Source of the DNA: Bilabrum cf. latius
Taxonomy: Eukaryota
Direction of reading: 5' to 3'
DNA length: 64,000 nucleotides
Assembly (NCBI GenBank): GCA_965178125.1
Contig: OZ237776.1
Location: 124,001-188,000, forward strand
Shown: in pieces, positions 1-13,325 of the stretch
Position numbering within the stretch: the first letter of the stretch is position 1
Layout of the letters: every line of letters begins with the position of its first letter
Notes under the pieces: generated by a model
Database searches by the model: none
What the model was told of the DNA's origin: nothing
The model's input: only the letters and a program-made list of their open reading frames with translations
Made by a program: the position numbers and the translations under genes

Positions 1-3000
1 TGTCCGGCCGTCTCCGTTCATGTCGCCCAGGGGAGATCCAGCGGAGAACAGCGTGTTGGAGCCGACGATGCCGGCCAGTGCGCCGGTCGATGGGCGAAGT
101 CTGATGAGGCTCTTCACAGCGTCCGTGGCCCCACCGCCGTTCAAGTAGAGAAAGTACGCGGCTCCATCGTTGGAGCTGTCAGTCCGAGCTCCGACGAAGA
201 GATCTTCGATTCCATCCCCATCCATGTCGCCTGCGTTGCGGACCGGTGCACCGAAGTTGCCTCCCGCGGGTATCGAGCTCGTCGCCAGCCCCTGCTGCCC
301 GTCGGCGATCGTAACCGCGCTATCAATCACTCCGAATTCGTTTAAGCGCACGATGTGAATCTTCTGCGCCCAGCTCTCCCCGATCACCAGATCCACGGGG
401 TTCCCTGCAGACCGCGGTGACAGGGCAGCGATGCTAAACCCGATGCGAGTCCCACCCGTGGGCATGCCCTCCCCTGACGCCTCGGAAACACGAAGCATAT
501 CACGCACCGTGTCGTTGCCGTTCATGAAAAGTAGCCACACGGCTCCCCGGGCGGCTCCCAGGATCTCTGTAGCGGGTGCGCCGGCAGCCACGTCGTTCTG
601 CCCGTCAAAATCCAAGTCACCCACGGTCGTGACAGAGTGGCCAAACTGGTCCCCGGCCGCGACGGTCGCGTTGGGCATGCCCCCAGCCCCGTTCCCAATG
701 ACAACAGTGTGGTTCACTGTGCCGTTGGGCAGCAGCCGCATCACAACGATCGATCCGGTCTCTGCACCGCCGAGGTTGTCTCCGAACATTCCTGCCAGGA
801 GACGAGGAAGGTGCCCGTCATCACCGTTGGGCTGGTCCATTCGCGTGGGCTCCCCGCCGAAACGCTCGTTATCGACATCGGGCGTGTGATTGAGGCCGCC
901 CTCGAGTGCGCTGATCTTCTGGTGGGCCTTCACCGTGCCGTCGGTGTTCAAGAACAGGATGGTGATTGAGCCACTAGCAGTCCTGACGTCGTCGTCTTGA
1001 ATGGAGTACACCGCCACGTCTGGCACCCCGTCACCGTCCAGATCACCGATGCTGCCCGCCCCCTCGCCGAACGAATCACCGTCAGCGATCATTCCGGATG
1101 GAAGCCCTCCCAGCCCGCTTGCGATCTTTTGCACATGGGTCACCACACCAGCAGGAGCGGGGAGGGGAGTGGGGCTGGGGCTCGCCACTGGACCGCCCAT
1201 GGTCACCACGTAGATCGCACCCGCATTGCTCCCTCCAGTGTCGTCGTGAATCGACCCGAACACGAGGTCTGGCCTCCCGTCCCCGTTCAGGTCTTCAAAT
1301 GCCCCGGCAAGGGCGAACAGGCTGCCGGTTGCAACCACCCCGGAAAGCCCGGAAGTAGCCGTTGACAGCTCCACAATGCTGCCTACAGCATCCGTCGCAG
1401 ACGCGTTGTTGAGGTGCAGGATGTACCCCTTGCCGGAGGCAGCTCCACCGGTGGAGTCCTTCCAAGCCGCCACTCCCAGATCATCCACGCCGTCGCCGTT
1501 CATGTCGCCCACGTGCACGATATAGACCCCGAACTCGGAGCCGGTCTCGATCGTCCCAGTTGGAATGCCGTTCTGGCCATCGGAAATCTCCTCGATCGAC
1601 CCGGGAATCACGCCACCGGTGGAGTTGATCCGGCAGAGAACAACCACATGATCTGCTTGCGAAGCGATGGCTACATCCACGGGATTCTCGCCGGCCGCCC
1701 GCGGTGGAATCGCTGCGATCGCGTATCCTAGCTGGTCCATGGTGGAGCTCAGTCCGGCGAATGCAGACCCCAACGCCTGGGAATGCTGGACGGCCTGCTT
1801 GACCATGTCTGTCTCTGCCATGAAAAAGATGTGAAGAGCGCCGTCGGTGCCGGCGGTAGGGGCTCCCACGGCGATGTCGTTCAGCCCGTCGCCGTCCAGA
1901 TCACCCAGATTGCCCGCAATATCGATCCCGAACCGCGATGAAGCAGGCAGGTAGGCAGCGGGCAAGCCACCTTCCCCGCTCGACAAAGCGGTGACATTCG
2001 TCACGGTGCCGTCGCTGGTGTTGAAGCGAAGCACGAAAACACGGCCTGTGTCTGAAGTAACGCCATCATCCCAGCGAAACTGCCCCACGATGAGTCGCGG
2101 CTGCTCGGGGAAGTGTCCGTTGGGCTGGTCCAGCCGAGCCAAGCCCCTGCCGAACTTGCTGCCCCCCTGCCCCGCGATCGAATCATCGATGCCTCCTCCT
2201 GTGCCCAGCCAGAACTCGTCATACGAGTCGACGGTGCCGTCGGTGTTCATGTAAAGAAGAACGAAGGAACCTTCGGCTGCAATACCCTTGTTTCGTTCCT
2301 GGATCTGCACCGCCACGTCCTCGATACCGTCCTCGTTCATGTCGCCGACCACGGATAGCCCGTGGCCGAAGTTGTCGCCCACAGCGAGGAACGAGGCCCC
2401 GAGCCCGTTCGTGCCCTGTGCGATTTTCGTCGCACTCACGACGGCGCCCGCAGCAGCGGGAGACGGGCTAGGACTGGGGCTGGGGCTGGGGCTGGGACTG
2501 GGGCTGGGGCTACTGCTTGGCGTGGGGCTAATGCTTGGTGTAGGACTGGGACTTGGCACAGAGCCACCCATGAATGCGACGAACAGTGCACCCCTGTCTA
2601 CTCCGCTAGTGTCGTCTTGGCTGGCTGCGAATACCAAGTCAATTCGGCCGTCTCCGTCCAAATCGCCGATGGCATCACCGGCAGAGAAGAAGGTGCCGCT
2701 CACGGCGATTCCGCTGAATGCGCCGGTGGAGATTCCAATCCTGATTATTGATTTTACAGCATCCACCTCTGAGCCTGCGTTGAGGAAGATGATGTACGTC
2801 TCATCGTTTAATCTGCCCCCCGCAAACACGTCTTCGATTCCATCCCCGTCCATGTCACCAGCATTGCGGACCGTGTACCCAAGCTGCGCTGGTGCATCGA
2901 TTGCGGTGGCACCCAGCCCCTCCTGCCCGTTTGCGATGGTTTCGGGAGTTCCGATCACTCCCGACCCGTTGATGCGCACGATGTGAAGGGCGTCGGCCGG

Positions 3001-5100
3001 AAGCTCAGCAATGACTAGATCCACGGGGTTGCCAGCGGACCGAGGACTGATGGCCGTGAGTGAAAACCCCAGGGAGGTTGTCGCTGTGGGCAAGCCCTCC
3101 CCCACCGCAGACGAAATCCGGTACAAGTCGTGGATTGTGTCGTTGGCATTCATGAAGAGCACGAACACGGCACCGGTGTTAGCCGTTCCAGCATCAGCAG
3201 ACGGTGCAGCTGCAGCCACGTCGTTCAATCCATCGCCGTCTACATCTCCCAGTCCAGCAGAGATCGCGTGGCCGAAGAAATCACCTGAGCCCATGGTAGA
3301 GACGGGCATGCCACCCACACCGTTCGCAATCTCCTGCTGATGCGCCACTGTCCCATTCGGCAGCATGCGAAGAACAATCACAGCGCCCGAGTCGGTGGCA
3401 CCCGTGTCGCCCTTGTACATCCCAACCACGATCCTTGGCATGTGTCCGTTATCCCCGTTTGGCTGATTCAGACGGACAGGATCAGCACCGAATCGCTGGC
3501 CCGGCACGGCAGGAGAGAAAGAAAGCCCGCCCTCGAGTGCGCTGATCTTCTAATGGGCCTTCACCGTGCCGTTCCGGTGCAGGAACATTATAATAATGGA
3601 ACCGCTATCCACCTCGACGTCGTCATCTTTAGTCACAAAGACTGCAAGGTCCACCACACCGTCACCGTCCAGATCACCGATAGAGGACAGCGATTCCCCC
3701 ATTGAGTCTCCATCGCTCAGTGCGCTGTCTAATAGACCGCCCATCCCACTTGCGATCTTTTGCACACGAATGGGTACACCTGCAGGCGCGGGGAGGGGAG
3801 TGGGGCTAGGGCTCGCCACTGGCCCACCCATGGTCACCACGTAGATCGCACCCGCATTGCTCCCTCCGGTGTCGTCGTGAATCGACCCGAATACGAGGTC
3901 TGGCCTCCCGTCCCCGTTCAGGTCTTCAAATGCCCCGGCAAGGGCGAACAGGCTGCCGGTTGCAACCACCCCGGAAAGCCCGGAAGTAGCCGTTGACAGC
4001 TCCACAACGCTGCCGACAGCATCCGTCGCAGACGCGTTGTTGAGGTGAAGGATGTACCCCTTGCCGGAGGCAGCTCCACCGGTGGAGTCCTTCCAAGCCG
4101 CCACTCCCAGATCATCCACGCCGTCGCCGTTCATGTCGCCCACGTGCACCAGGTAGACCCCGAACTCGGAGCCGGTCTCGATCGTCCCAGATGGAATGCC
4201 GTTCTGGCCATCGGAAATCTCCTCGATCGACCCGGGAATCACGCCACCGGTGGAGTTGATCCGGCAGAGAACAACCACATGATCTGCTTGCGAAGCGATG
4301 GCTACATCCACGGGATTCTCGCCGGCCGCCCGCGGTGGAATCGCTGCGATCGCGTATCCAAGCTGGTCCATGGTGGAGCTCAGTCCGGCGAATGCAGACC
4401 CCGACGCCTGGGAATGCTGGACGGCCTGCTTGACCATGTCTGTCTCTGCCATGAGAAAGATGTGAAGAGCGCCGTCGGTGCCGGCGGTAGGGGCTCCCAC
4501 AGCGATGTCGTTCAGCCCGTCGCCGTCCAGATCTCCCAGATTGCCCGCAATATCGATCCCGAACCGCGATGAAGCAGGCAGGTAGGCAGCGGGCAAGCCA
4601 CCTTCCCCGCTCGATAGAGCGGTGACATTCGTCACGGTGCCGTCGCTGGTGTTGAAGCGAAGCACGAAAACTCGGCCTGTGTCGGAAGTAACGCCATCGT
4701 TCCAGCGGAACTGCCCCACGATGAGTCGCGGCTGCTCGGGGAAGTGTCCGTTGGGCTGGTCCAGCCGAGCTAGCCCCCTGCCGAACTTGCTGCCCCCCTG
4801 CCCCGCGATCGAATCGTCGATGCCTCCTCCTGTGCCCAGCCAGTACTCGTCATACGAGTCGACGGTGCCGTCGGTGTTCATGTAAAGAAGAACGAAGGAA
4901 CCTTCGGCTGCAATAGCCTTGCTTCGTTCCTGGATCTGCACCGCCACGTCCTCGATGCCGTCCTCGTTCATGTCGCCGACCACGGATAGCCCGTGGCCGA
5001 AGTTGTCGCCCACAGCGAGGAACGAGGCCCCGAGCCCGTTCGTGCCCTGTGCGATTTTCGTTGCACTCACGACGGCGCCCGCAGCGGCGGGAGACGGGCT
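1..5100. repeat. Intragenic tandem duplication with 2631-bp (877-codon) period; ~1160-2469 nearly identical to ~3791-5100, the rest more diverged
   Basis: ggtcaccacgtagatcgcaccc at 1201 and 3832; ctcgagtgcgctgatcttct at 901 and 3532; both offsets are 2631. Confidence 0.92.
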
Positions 5101-5193
5101 TGGCGCCGGCGACTGCCCGCGGCATAGTGGCAGCAGCAGCGCCAACAAAAGAGCATATGCAAGAAGCGGCATGATTCGTTGTTGTAGTTGCAT
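1..5193 (-). CDS. FG-GAP / integrin-alpha beta-propeller repeat surface protein with signal peptide; 3' end runs off the window; one in-frame TAG at 3550-3552
   Basis: N-terminal hydrophobic signal (MPLLAYALLLALLLPLCRG), many GDxNGDGxxDxAV Ca-binding motifs, Pro/Ser linkers. The frame appears open from 3549 to 1 after the TAG (spot-checked; no terminated ORF is listed in this frame) and ends ...LGDMNGDGRT at the window edge. Confidence 0.9.
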
Positions 5194-6344
5194 TACAGAA
5201 TACTCAGCACTTTTGATGTATCTGGAAAGCTTGTGCTCCGCTCGTTCGGTCGATGTACTTCGAGAACAGCACGGGTAGTTGATACTCGTTCGCTACTGAT
5301 GAAAAGGGCACTGACGCCTTGTTGATAAGTTATGTGCAGCGATACTTCTGCGATGAAAACCGGTCAAGTAATGAGCTGCAAAAGAGAGAGAAGGTGCGCC
5401 CGCGTGGAATACACGGCCGTTGGTTGCGGATGCACCGCGCACTGCAAGCAGACACAGCAGCTACCAACAAGCTAGAAATCCAGAATAAATGCAGCTACTG
5501 CAACAAATACTTGACGCATGTGCACTGAGTGCCAGCAGCGAACACCAGAGGCAGCCGGCCGCTTTGCGCGGACCTTGGGGTGGTCACGCTGTTGGCCGAC
5601 ATGCTGCTGGTAGCGACCTATTCCACAGTACCTAGAATAGACGCTTTATAGTTTCATAAATTCACTGTTGCCTTTGGTCAAAGACCCATGCGAGGCCACC
5701 AAACAGCTGGTAGGTCGACCGGCACGCAGCCTAGAATACATCCAACCTCTTGCAATTGCTAAGCAGTTCATCGTGTCCTACTGGCCGTTTATATGCAAAC
5801 GTCAACTTACACTGCAGACTCTATGATATTTCCTACCAAATAGCGAGGATCAAGCCCCAGGTATTGCCGTGCGTTGGGCAATGAAACTGTCGCGACTGTC
5901 AGTGCCCAACCGTTGGTCGCAGATGCTTCTGTGTGACGAGTGAGGAGCTCGGTGGACGGTCCGCACGGTGGACCAGCATGCATGCAGTATGTATAGCTGT
6001 TTCGTGATGATGCGATCCCGTACAACAGTTGAATGAAAGTGCAATGTGTATGCTGCGCTGCCTGGGAAACTTAGTCGCAGCATGAGCAGACAATCGCAGT
6101 ACAGGCGGCGCCACAAGCCTGCAGTATCGCAGCCGAGCACGCACCTCACCATAGCTGGGTAGCTTGGACCTGGCTTGTGTTTGTATACCGTAAGTTTGGA
6201 TAGGCTACTGCATTGTCATGCCAGTGGCGTTGCCATGCCTTCACCGTGACACCGTGCATCGGGTCGGTCCTGTCGCCCCTTCTCTCCTTCGTACGCAAAG
6301 GGTTGCTTGGTGCTAGTAGGGGGAAATAAGTTTAATATATCTGC

Positions 6345-6917
6345 TTAGATCCAGCCGAAGGCCCCATAACCCGCAGCCAACAGCCATGCACCAGCCGCTC
6401 CAAGCACCCCACAGAAACCCAGAATCGGTCCGCTTGCCATGCCTGTCAATGCGAGCTCTACAGCCTGAATCGCTGCACCGCTCACAGCAATCCGCCAGCC
6501 GACGCAACACAATTGATGAGACTCGGGAGTCCCCGTATAGGCCCACCTGACGAGCATCTCGCAGTTGTGATTTACCACGCTATAGTGCTGTGCGGCCTTG
6601 CCTTTCTCGGTCCTGCCATGCATTTCCTTCCGGACCCGTCGAACGGCTTCCTCGGGGGAGTAGGCCTAGTTCTAGTTCGCTATGACGCGCACTTCGAGCT
6701 CCCGCTGGCTGTGAGCCCTGTACTGGCCCAAGCTCTCCTCAATTATGATTCCGTTACGCTGGAGGCTGAGTACGGTATTCGATTCAGCGTCGTATATGCC
6801 CCAGTGGTCCATCACCAAGATGCAGCCAAAGTTGAACGAGTAAACCAAGGCGCTCCCATGGGCCGGTGGTGCTTCATTGCCGGCGCTGCGTTGCTGTCGG
6901 GCGACGTTGTTTCCCAT
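6345..6917 (-). CDS. LRAT/PLAAT (HRASLS-like, permuted NlpC/P60) acyltransferase/phospholipase, 190 aa with TAG read-through
   Basis: HWGIYD His box, PEEAVRRV, YSVVNHNCEMLVRWAYTG (NCEHF-like catalytic Cys), C-terminal hydrophobic segment. Two in-frame TAGs (6672, 6666) lie between the His and Cys motifs; ends TAA. Confidence 0.85.
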
Positions 6918-9900
6918 TACAGAATCGATTCTCGCAGTAATTCCTATTGGTTCAAGTTGAAAGAGTTGTGCATCGTCTGCCTTTCTCCAGTGGCTGGGCC
7001 GGCAGCTCCGAATGAATGCTCAAGAACGGGCGCATTTCCCCGTAATGAGTAACCCCAAAAAACGTCAAGGCGTCGAACGTCCCTCAACATAATCAATTGC
7101 CAACTTCTGAACCGTACGCATCATGGAATAACAAGACAGTATACTGGGCCGAGAACTGGCGAGGAGTAAACAAGCAGCAAACTCATAGTAGCCACCATAG
7201 TTGAAGTTTATGCTGCATTTTGGAGGCACCTGGCACACAATATTATTTTTCACGAACTGTGGAAGGATATAGGGCAATCAACGCGGATTGTGTTTGAACT
7301 AAGGCCTAGTAGCCATGTATTCCATCCTGTACGAATAGTGTACAGGTCCAGAAGGTTAATAGCGTTGTCCCGTGACCACAAATGTATTTCTGCAAATGAA
7401 GTTAGAGACACAGTGCCAAGTAGATCGGTAGATGTACTACACAAGCGTCATATGCTGGTCGGCGCCGCGCCCAGGCAGCGGCGACGGGAGAGGGTTCCGG
7501 ATTTTTTACAGCCACTTTTCTCGGCTCCCACTGAATGCATTCTTTCGAGAGTATGCCAATACCATTGAATTGATTATTGAATTCGATTGGTCCGCTGGAT
7601 CCGAGGTCATGGATCCGGCAAGTAGCTCTACTGGCCCGTCCGACAAGGTGAGGCGCTGCTCGCCTGGCACTCAATCGCGATTTTCTCGAGATTTAGGCAA
7701 TATCTCAAAAACCGCCATTTTTATGTCAGACAGAGTTGTACATTATATCATATTTTGGGGTTATTTATGTCGGATCTTGAAAAATGGATGGTGCATCGGG
7801 TGGTACGTGTAGCACTCCCGAGCGAGCTTTCTGGCAGAGCCGAAATCAGTACCTGGGCAGCTTTCGCATTGTTTTCTCTATGTTTTGCGTAGAATTGTAT
7901 GAATTGAATCGGAATATACAGCGTTTCGCGCAATTTTTGTCTTCCTTGAGTGTATATGGGCGCTGTGCTGATTGTAGCAGCCGAATGAGGGTCTCCTCAT
8001 GGGGTCTTGGCGTGCCCACGATCCAATTGCACACTTTCTCCGTCCGTGTACTGCAACATCGTACGGATTTTTTCCGTTTGATAGATTTTGAGCGAAATTC
8101 AAGATGGCGTATTTTTGCAAATGGGCTTCAAAGATGGTGGTGCGCTTGACAGATTTTGGTTGATATGATCGATAAATATGCATATTTGGCGACGTTGATG
8201 GCGCTATCTTTAAAGTATTTGTAGATTACGTGCTACGGCTCTGTTCCAATGAGTTTCGCAGACGTAATCCACCTCGATCAAGGCAAGAGATCGAGTAGGC
8301 CAACCGGACAGGTCCTTAGGTTTAGACGGTCAGCCTCTAAAACTGGATTCACGGACGTAGCAACGCTAGTATAAGCTGAAGGAGGAGGCAATTGTCTAGC
8401 AGCAGCAAAATTACCTTGAGGAGGCTCGATGCGCAGTCGCATACGCATGCGCATTGTCTCTGGCGGCCGCTGCACTGGCGGACGTGCGCGGCAAGAGGCC
8501 TACCTCTGCATACCTTCGTGTCCTGTAAGTCTGTATCACTAGCTGGACACCTAAAAATGTGGCATTGGCGCTTGCAGGAGTTCATCTATAGCTTGGTGGC
8601 ATATCTGCGGCAGCCTCTGCATGTGCGACCGTGGCTACTTCATCGCTCGTTCTGCAGCTATGCGACACATCCAAGGAAAGTATGAGGCATCTAAATGATG
8701 CAGTGAGAACTAGAAAGCAGCTGTTGAGCTGTGGCACCGCGCGGTCGGCTCCGGGACCTGGACCACCGGGCCGGGTGGCAGGGGATCCAGGGCGACCTGA
8801 GGTGCTCGTGCTGCGCCCGTGGCGAGGCAGAATGCGAGGTGAGGCGACCGGCGGCCCAGCGTCTGCGCCGAGCAATGGCAACGGTATGCTCACTTTCTGG
8901 CGGAGAGCCTCGCCCAACCAGCGGCGAAGGTCGCTCGATCCAGGGTTGCGCGGCCCTGCTCGGTGGGGTCGTTGGTGCAGCGTTGGCATGCAGTGCTGTG
9001 GATCCTGGCCAACCGAGAGAGACGGTTCGCTAGTGGGGTGCCAGAGCCTAAGAATGCTGCCCGAGACGTTTTTTTGCTGATCGAGTACAGAGAGAAGCGG
9101 GAGAGCATCAGATCCTGGACCTGGCCTCGCAGTTGTTCCGGTTTGGCTGGAGCAGACTTGCTGGAGGCTGTCGTAGAGAACGCTGGATGGAGCTGTCCCT
9201 GGAGCCGTTTCTATTTGTCGTCGCTGACAAGAAGGCATAGGGGTGGAAGGGCGTGAACAAGGGTAAGACCAAAAGCGGGGGCAAAGGGCGGGCTGCAGAC
9301 ATTGAAGAAGCAGCGCTGGGCGGGGGGGAGGAGCAGGCGAGCCAAGCGCGGTCTCGAGCATCACGGCAGGGAGTAAACGCAAACGGTTGCGGTCAGGCAT
9401 GCACAAGAAAGGGGTTGAACGCTACGGCAGCGATGGCGAAGACGACCTGAAGGACCAGGAAGACGAGCTGGGGGACCAGGAAGCGCAGGACGCAGCCGAG
9501 CAGGCACAGGAGCAGGGATTGCAGATAGCAACGGCGACAACGCGGTCCGGGAGGGTAGTCTTGAGGTTTCTTCTTCAGCCGTCACGGGGTTCTACGGGCT
9601 GACATGCGCTCGAAGGGGGCGTTTTGGTTCGGCTCGAACGAAGCCCAGCCGCGCCAGGCATACCACTTCGTGGACCCGGCGCGGTTCCGGCGGTTCGGCA
9701 CGAGATCAATTTAACGCATACCGGTACAATGGATGTAAATGAAATCCAAATACACATTTGCGGGCTCAATTTTGCGCAGTAACTCCTATGAGCCCTGTAA
9801 TCAGGGGATGTATGTCCCGGACAGGGCAGTGCGATATTGCCTTTGGCAAGGCCTGGCACGACGCTAACCAAAAACGTTTTCCAGATAATATCACAGTCGA

Positions 9901-10332
9901 TGGCTACTTGGATTTGAGTGCGATTCTAGGCGTTTTGATCAAAAACCCTCTTTGTGTACGTCTGTAGCCGCACCCAAGCAACAGGGAGTACTGACCCTTC
10001 ATGGTATCACTGGTGCGCATCACGATGTCTAACAGGATTTTCCACAGCCAACATCACACGATACTATCATATTAAATCATTTAATAGGACTAATTATCAC
10101 GTTGTACCAAAATTACCCAAGATAATGGGCGGTTCCAGATTTGGCCAAAGCCCCGAAATAGTTGCGTGCACTTAAATCGGTCCCGTCGCCGCTGCCTGGG
10201 CGCGGCGCCGACCATGCATGTCCTTTTTTTTAATGGGATTCGGAATAGCATCGAAGCGGTCATTCAGTCCCGCTTGACGCAGTACGAGGCAAGTCATTAG
10301 GTTAATCGTTGAGATAAAACTCACGTGATATA

Positions 10333-11955
10333 ATGCAGCAGTTTGTCTCGCAAACTCGACATTCATTGTGCTGGCTTCATCTATATTCGCCGGCTTAGAG
10401 ATTCGCCGGCAGGCTCCGAGCATTTCGTGCACTTGGCACGTGTTCGACAAAAAGAATACGAAGACAGGGTAATTTATTGAAATTAAATGGCCCTCTGGGC
10501 GCAGCTATTGGCAGAAACCCATTGCGGAAACCACGATATTGTCGTACCTGCTACGATAGCGGACTGCCACGATGTTGCTGCGGCACTGCGACAAGCACCG
10601 CACCTGGACAACATATAAGAGCATTGCGCTGGAATATCAATGAGATGCCCGAATGCAAGGATGTCACGGTAGTCGCCGACCATCCGTCCTGCGGTGGATT
10701 CTTGGCCGCCAGCAGGCAGCTGCCCGAGGGAACGCTCGTTGCATGGTACGGCGTGGGCCCAGGCACTGCCCAATCGGACCTAGAAGGATAGCAGGAGACA
10801 GTTGCAATGGATTATCCCCAGGCTGCGATTGGACCGGTTCCGACGGGCTCTCAGCTTGTGATGAATGGCGCTGGCGTTGGCGCTGGCCTAGTAGGTGCTG
10901 GGGAAGGGGTGGGCATTAGCATCGGCAGAGGCCCCCGATTCCATGCCGATGCAAGAGGGTCAGGCAGTCCGACAGGTGCAGGTGCAGATGCAGATGCAGG
11001 TGCGGGTGCAGGTGCAGGTGCAGGTGCAGATGCAGGTGCAGGTGCAGATTCAGGTGGCGCTGCTGCTGTGCTCTCCCGCGCCGTACTGTGGGGCGCCACC
11101 GTGCAGCCTGAGGATGAAGATGACGATGAAAACGGTGGTAGGCGCTCGTCCAGCCGAGACCAAATCGAGCAGCAGATTCTGGACCACCCCACCATGCACA
11201 CGGTGCAGCTGGACGGGACCCGACACGCGCTGAGCGAAGGTTCGGCGAGGTTCGCTCCGCACTGCTGCGAACCGACATGCTGCCTCGTCCCAGTTGTTGA
11301 TGCCTCGGCACCAGCAGCAGCCGCTCAGAAACCCCGCGGCCCGGCCGGATTCGTCGCACAAACCGAGCCGCAGGACGTCATCCCCGATGGTGTGGCGAGA
11401 ATAGCGCCCGAGGACGTGATAGGGTTCGCACTCGTCACACTGCGTCCGGTGCCTGCCGGCCAGGCTCTCTCCTTCGACTACAGGACGAGCGAGTGGAGCA
11501 TGTCTGACGCCTTTGTTCCGGTCTGCCCCCCGGCGGTCGCGGTGGTAGGGGGCGGGGACTGGGACGTGGTGGGGGCATAGGCGGAGGCAGTGGTGGGGGG
11601 TAGGGGTGAGGGGGAAACAGAGCAGGAGGCGATTCGAGAGGAGCATGGGTCACAAGCAAGGGTGACTTGTGGTCCTATGGGTGCATTGCATGGTGACGTG
11701 GCGGGCTAGACTCTGGGCGGCGGCGCGGGGCAAGTCATCGATCAGGAGAGTGTTGGGCAATTCGAGATGCGGGAGGGTTGCGCATGCAGGGCGGGCTGCA
11801 GGCGAATCGACGGGGCGGCGTCGCTTGTTCGCTCGTCGCTTCCGCTTCCTGCTGGGTCCACCCCGTTCGTCCGACATATGGCAGCCGTTCAGCGAGGTAG
11901 TGGGTCTGATGCTACCGCTGATGTTGCTGCAGAGGACCGCGCTTTCCGCGGATGA
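10333..11955 (+). CDS. SET-domain protein with post-SET cysteines and low-complexity insertions; start uncertain (10333 or 10645)
   Basis: GGFLAASRQLPEGTLVAWY (SET-N), ARFAPHCCEPTC (NHSC-like), RPVPAGQALSFDYRTSEWSM (ELxFDY-like), GCACRAGC (post-SET). All in one frame across TAGs at 10789, 11578 and 11707; ends TGA. Confidence 0.78.
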
Positions 11956-12842
11956 ATCGGAGCTTGGCTCGCCTTTATTATGGATAATGTCAGTAGGCAG
12001 GTTCATGTATGCCACATTGGCCGCTGTTATTCCCAGGTTATAATTTGATTTGGCAGCACCCTTTCGTTCGATGATCCTCCCCATGATGAAGACCCCAATC
12101 CATGTGAACCCCACTATTCTTGTCGTATACGGGTACTCGGACATCAGGAAGTAGTTATTGGCTCAGGATTAATGCGACAGTGAGCAGAGGAGAGCGGGAA
12201 GACAAGGCTGATGCAGGATGACAGGAGGTGGAGAGGAAGAAGAGGTGGACACCGGCACAGGCGACGAGAGTGCGATACAATAGGGTAATGGATGGTAGGG
12301 GGCATCGCGTGCCAGCCACGAGGGAGACGCGGGTGGCGGCGGGCTGCAAGGCGAGCAGCGCGCAGAGGGCTAACAGGCGGGTGGATAGATCCGATGGGGC
12401 GCACGGCTGGTCGGCCAGGACCGGCGCGAGCAATAATGGATCTGAAAGGATTCGACCGCTAGCACGGCTGGACTGAAGCCGAGCATGCGGCCGATGCACA
12501 CGACGAATACCTCGCGCAGTCATGGCAAGTGTGCTGGCATCATGGGATGAGCCAAAGTGAACTTTTGGATTCCTCGAGTCTACAGCTGCATCGAAGCTCA
12601 GGCTACGCATGGTTGGTAGTTGCACCTGCAAAACACGAAGAGCTGGTCCGGTATCGCGAAGTTCGAATACAAGACCTCATGATGTGCATGACTTTACATC
12701 AAAAGCTGTTGTACACAGCTGGGTGTATATACTATCTAATTATGCATGAATACCAGATTCTGGTTGTTTGAAGTGAAGGTTCACTGATGGCATCGGTCGG
12801 GATTGCTCGAGCCTCGAGGGCTCGTCAAGTCAGAATGAGCGG

Positions 12843-13274
12843 TTGGATGCACAAATGCATCCATCTCAGCATAATCCGAGCCAACTCCAACATCGTCCTG
12901 GGATACGAATAAATGCTACGGGGCTCGACTCTGCAATGGTCGTGTCGCTGGTCCTACGCAAGCACGGATTCATGTCAGTTCATGTCAATGCATCCGGTCG
13001 CGCAGTCTGGAGAAGCATACAGTCCGGTAAATGGCATCGCATCACGCTGATGGACGCGAAGGAGTGGCAGGCAAACGACTCGGACTGGAAGGAGGGCGCG
13101 AGGCAAGGGGAGAACCTGGTCGAGTGGATGGTGCACCAGTCCGCCGGCATCTCGCGATTCTTGGCGCGGTCTGTAGACGAGAGCGCAAACGACATGGTGG
13201 CAGACAGACCGCGGGATGACATTGCCAACCCAGCGTTTGACATGCTTTGCCACATGGCTCGTGCCTACTTTTGA
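12843..13274 (+). CDS. Hypothetical protein; 5' end unclear
   Basis: GC3-rich coding-like codon pattern in the 3' half; ends TGA; no recognisable motif. Confidence 0.3.
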   Translation: MDAQMHPSQHNPSQLQHRPGIRINATGLDSAMVVSLVLRKHGFMSVHVNASGRAVWRSIQSGKWHRITLMDAKEWQANDSDWKEGARQGENLVEWMVHQSAGISRFLARSVDESANDMVADRPRDDIANPAFDMLCHMARAYF

Positions 13275-13325
13275 TCTAGAATCTAGATCTTGGTCGTGCC
13301 AAGTAGGCACTGCCTAACCCCCGCC

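Noticed and set aside
170-5278. Plus-strand ORFs over the integrin-like gene, and similar shadow ORFs elsewhere
   Set aside because: Antisense or alternate-frame shadows of GC-rich coding sequence with no motifs.
6513-7052. 179-aa plus-strand ORF
   Set aside because: Antisense to the LRAT-domain gene, which carries the recognisable catalytic motifs.
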